64,000 nt of DNA from Mobula hypostoma (Eukaryota), in contig NC_086107.1 of assembly GCF_963921235.1 (NCBI RefSeq), positions 106,952,001-107,016,000 of the forward strand. The letters run 5' to 3'. A program made the position numbers and the translations under genes. Positions within the stretch are counted from its first letter, which is position 1, and every line of letters begins with the position of its first letter. The notes under the pieces were generated by a model that was not told the origin of the DNA, ran no database searches, and worked only from the letters and a program-made list of their open reading frames with translations. Positions 63,200-64,000 of the stretch are shown here, in pieces.

Positions 63200-63600
63200 G
63201 ATTCCTCCCCACTCCCCCTTCTCTCTTCCTTTCCATTCCCCATTCTGGCTCCTTTCTTACCCCTTCTCTTCCTCTCACCTGCCCATCATCTCTCTCTGGT
63301 GCCCTTCCTCCTTCCCTTTCTCCCATGGTTCACACCCCCCCTCCTATTAGATCCCTTCTTCTTCAGCCCTTTACCTCTTCCACCTATCACCTCCCAGCTT
63401 CTCACTTCACCCCCAACCTGGCTTCACCTATCACCTGCCAGGTTGACCTCCTTCCCCTCCCCCCCAACTTCTTATTCTGGCTTCTGCCCCCCTTCCTTTC
63501 TAGTGAAGTGTCTTGGCCCAAAATGTCAACTGCTTCTTCTCCTTCATAGATGCATCCTGGCCTGTTGAGTTCCTCCAGCAGTTTGTGCGTGTTGCTCTAA
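63200..63600 (+). mobile_element. Penelope-like 3' fragment
   Basis: Same pyrimidine-rich tail and terminal gatgc..cctggcctg..gagttcctccagca motif as the other copies. Confidence 0.55.
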
Positions 63601-64000
63601 ACACAGCTGGCAAATGTAAAGCAACAGCAACCAAAGATGAATGCAATTACTAAACAGGCTTCACTATCCTCCCCAAATTACTGCTGAAGTATTTAGGTGA
63701 AAGTGGAAAAATTCATGATTAACACATTTAAGGCATATTAGAAGATGTACTTAGGCCAGTGATATTGATGGGTTCTTGATTGGCAAGGGGGTAAGGGGGA
63801 AGGTAGGAAAACGGGGTTGAATGAAGAAAAACTTCAAACAGGGTTGAACGGTGAGGGAGACTTGATGGCCTAATTTTGCTCCTCTATCTTATGTTTTAGT
63901 TCCTGTTTTGTAGATGAGTGAAAACTAGTTTTCTATGAGTTTTTTTTTAACCTAGGGTACAAATCAATTTTATTTATTTATAGATATACAGCTCTTCCGG

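Larger units (their letters stand above)
34833..64000 (-). other. CACNG2: Inferred last intron of CACNG2 (3' part, >29 kb)
   Basis: Acceptor at 34833. I found no sequence encoding the preceding exon (expected to resemble ...[24 protein letters not shown]...) by eye in the remainder of the window. Confidence 0.65.

Overview
This is eukaryotic vertebrate genomic DNA, probably from a cartilaginous fish such as a ray or shark. That assignment is inferred from V-domain tRNA-SINEs and abundant CR1-like LINEs resembling the elasmobranch HE1/HER1 pair. The only host coding sequence I can support is the terminal exon of CACNG2 (stargazin, TARP gamma-2) on the minus strand at 34300-34832, ending in RRTTPV-stop. 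A transposon-free 3' UTR island lies below it. I recognised no upstream exon in the 29 kb above it, so 34833-64000 is read as one long intron. The rest of the window is dense, mostly decayed mobile DNA: CR1, Rex1/Babar, RTE, Penelope-like elements, V-SINEs, Tc1 and hAT MITEs, a Gypsy remnant with PPT and LTR, and a Copia fragment. Micro- and minisatellites are also present. The most notable observations are (1) two families of Penelope-associated minimal hammerhead ribozyme motifs, including one intact copy inside a perfect 89-bp inverted repeat with an 8-bp target duplication; (2) a GalEa-like Copia fragment sitting inside a Penelope-like copy; (3) a hAT derivative that keeps a zinc-finger exon next to the CACNG2 acceptor; and (4) an old ~30-bp minisatellite forming the backbone of ~16 kb of the intron, with an inverted 38-bp daughter array. 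I see no CRISPR or prokaryotic system. Repeat boundaries were read by eye and are approximate.
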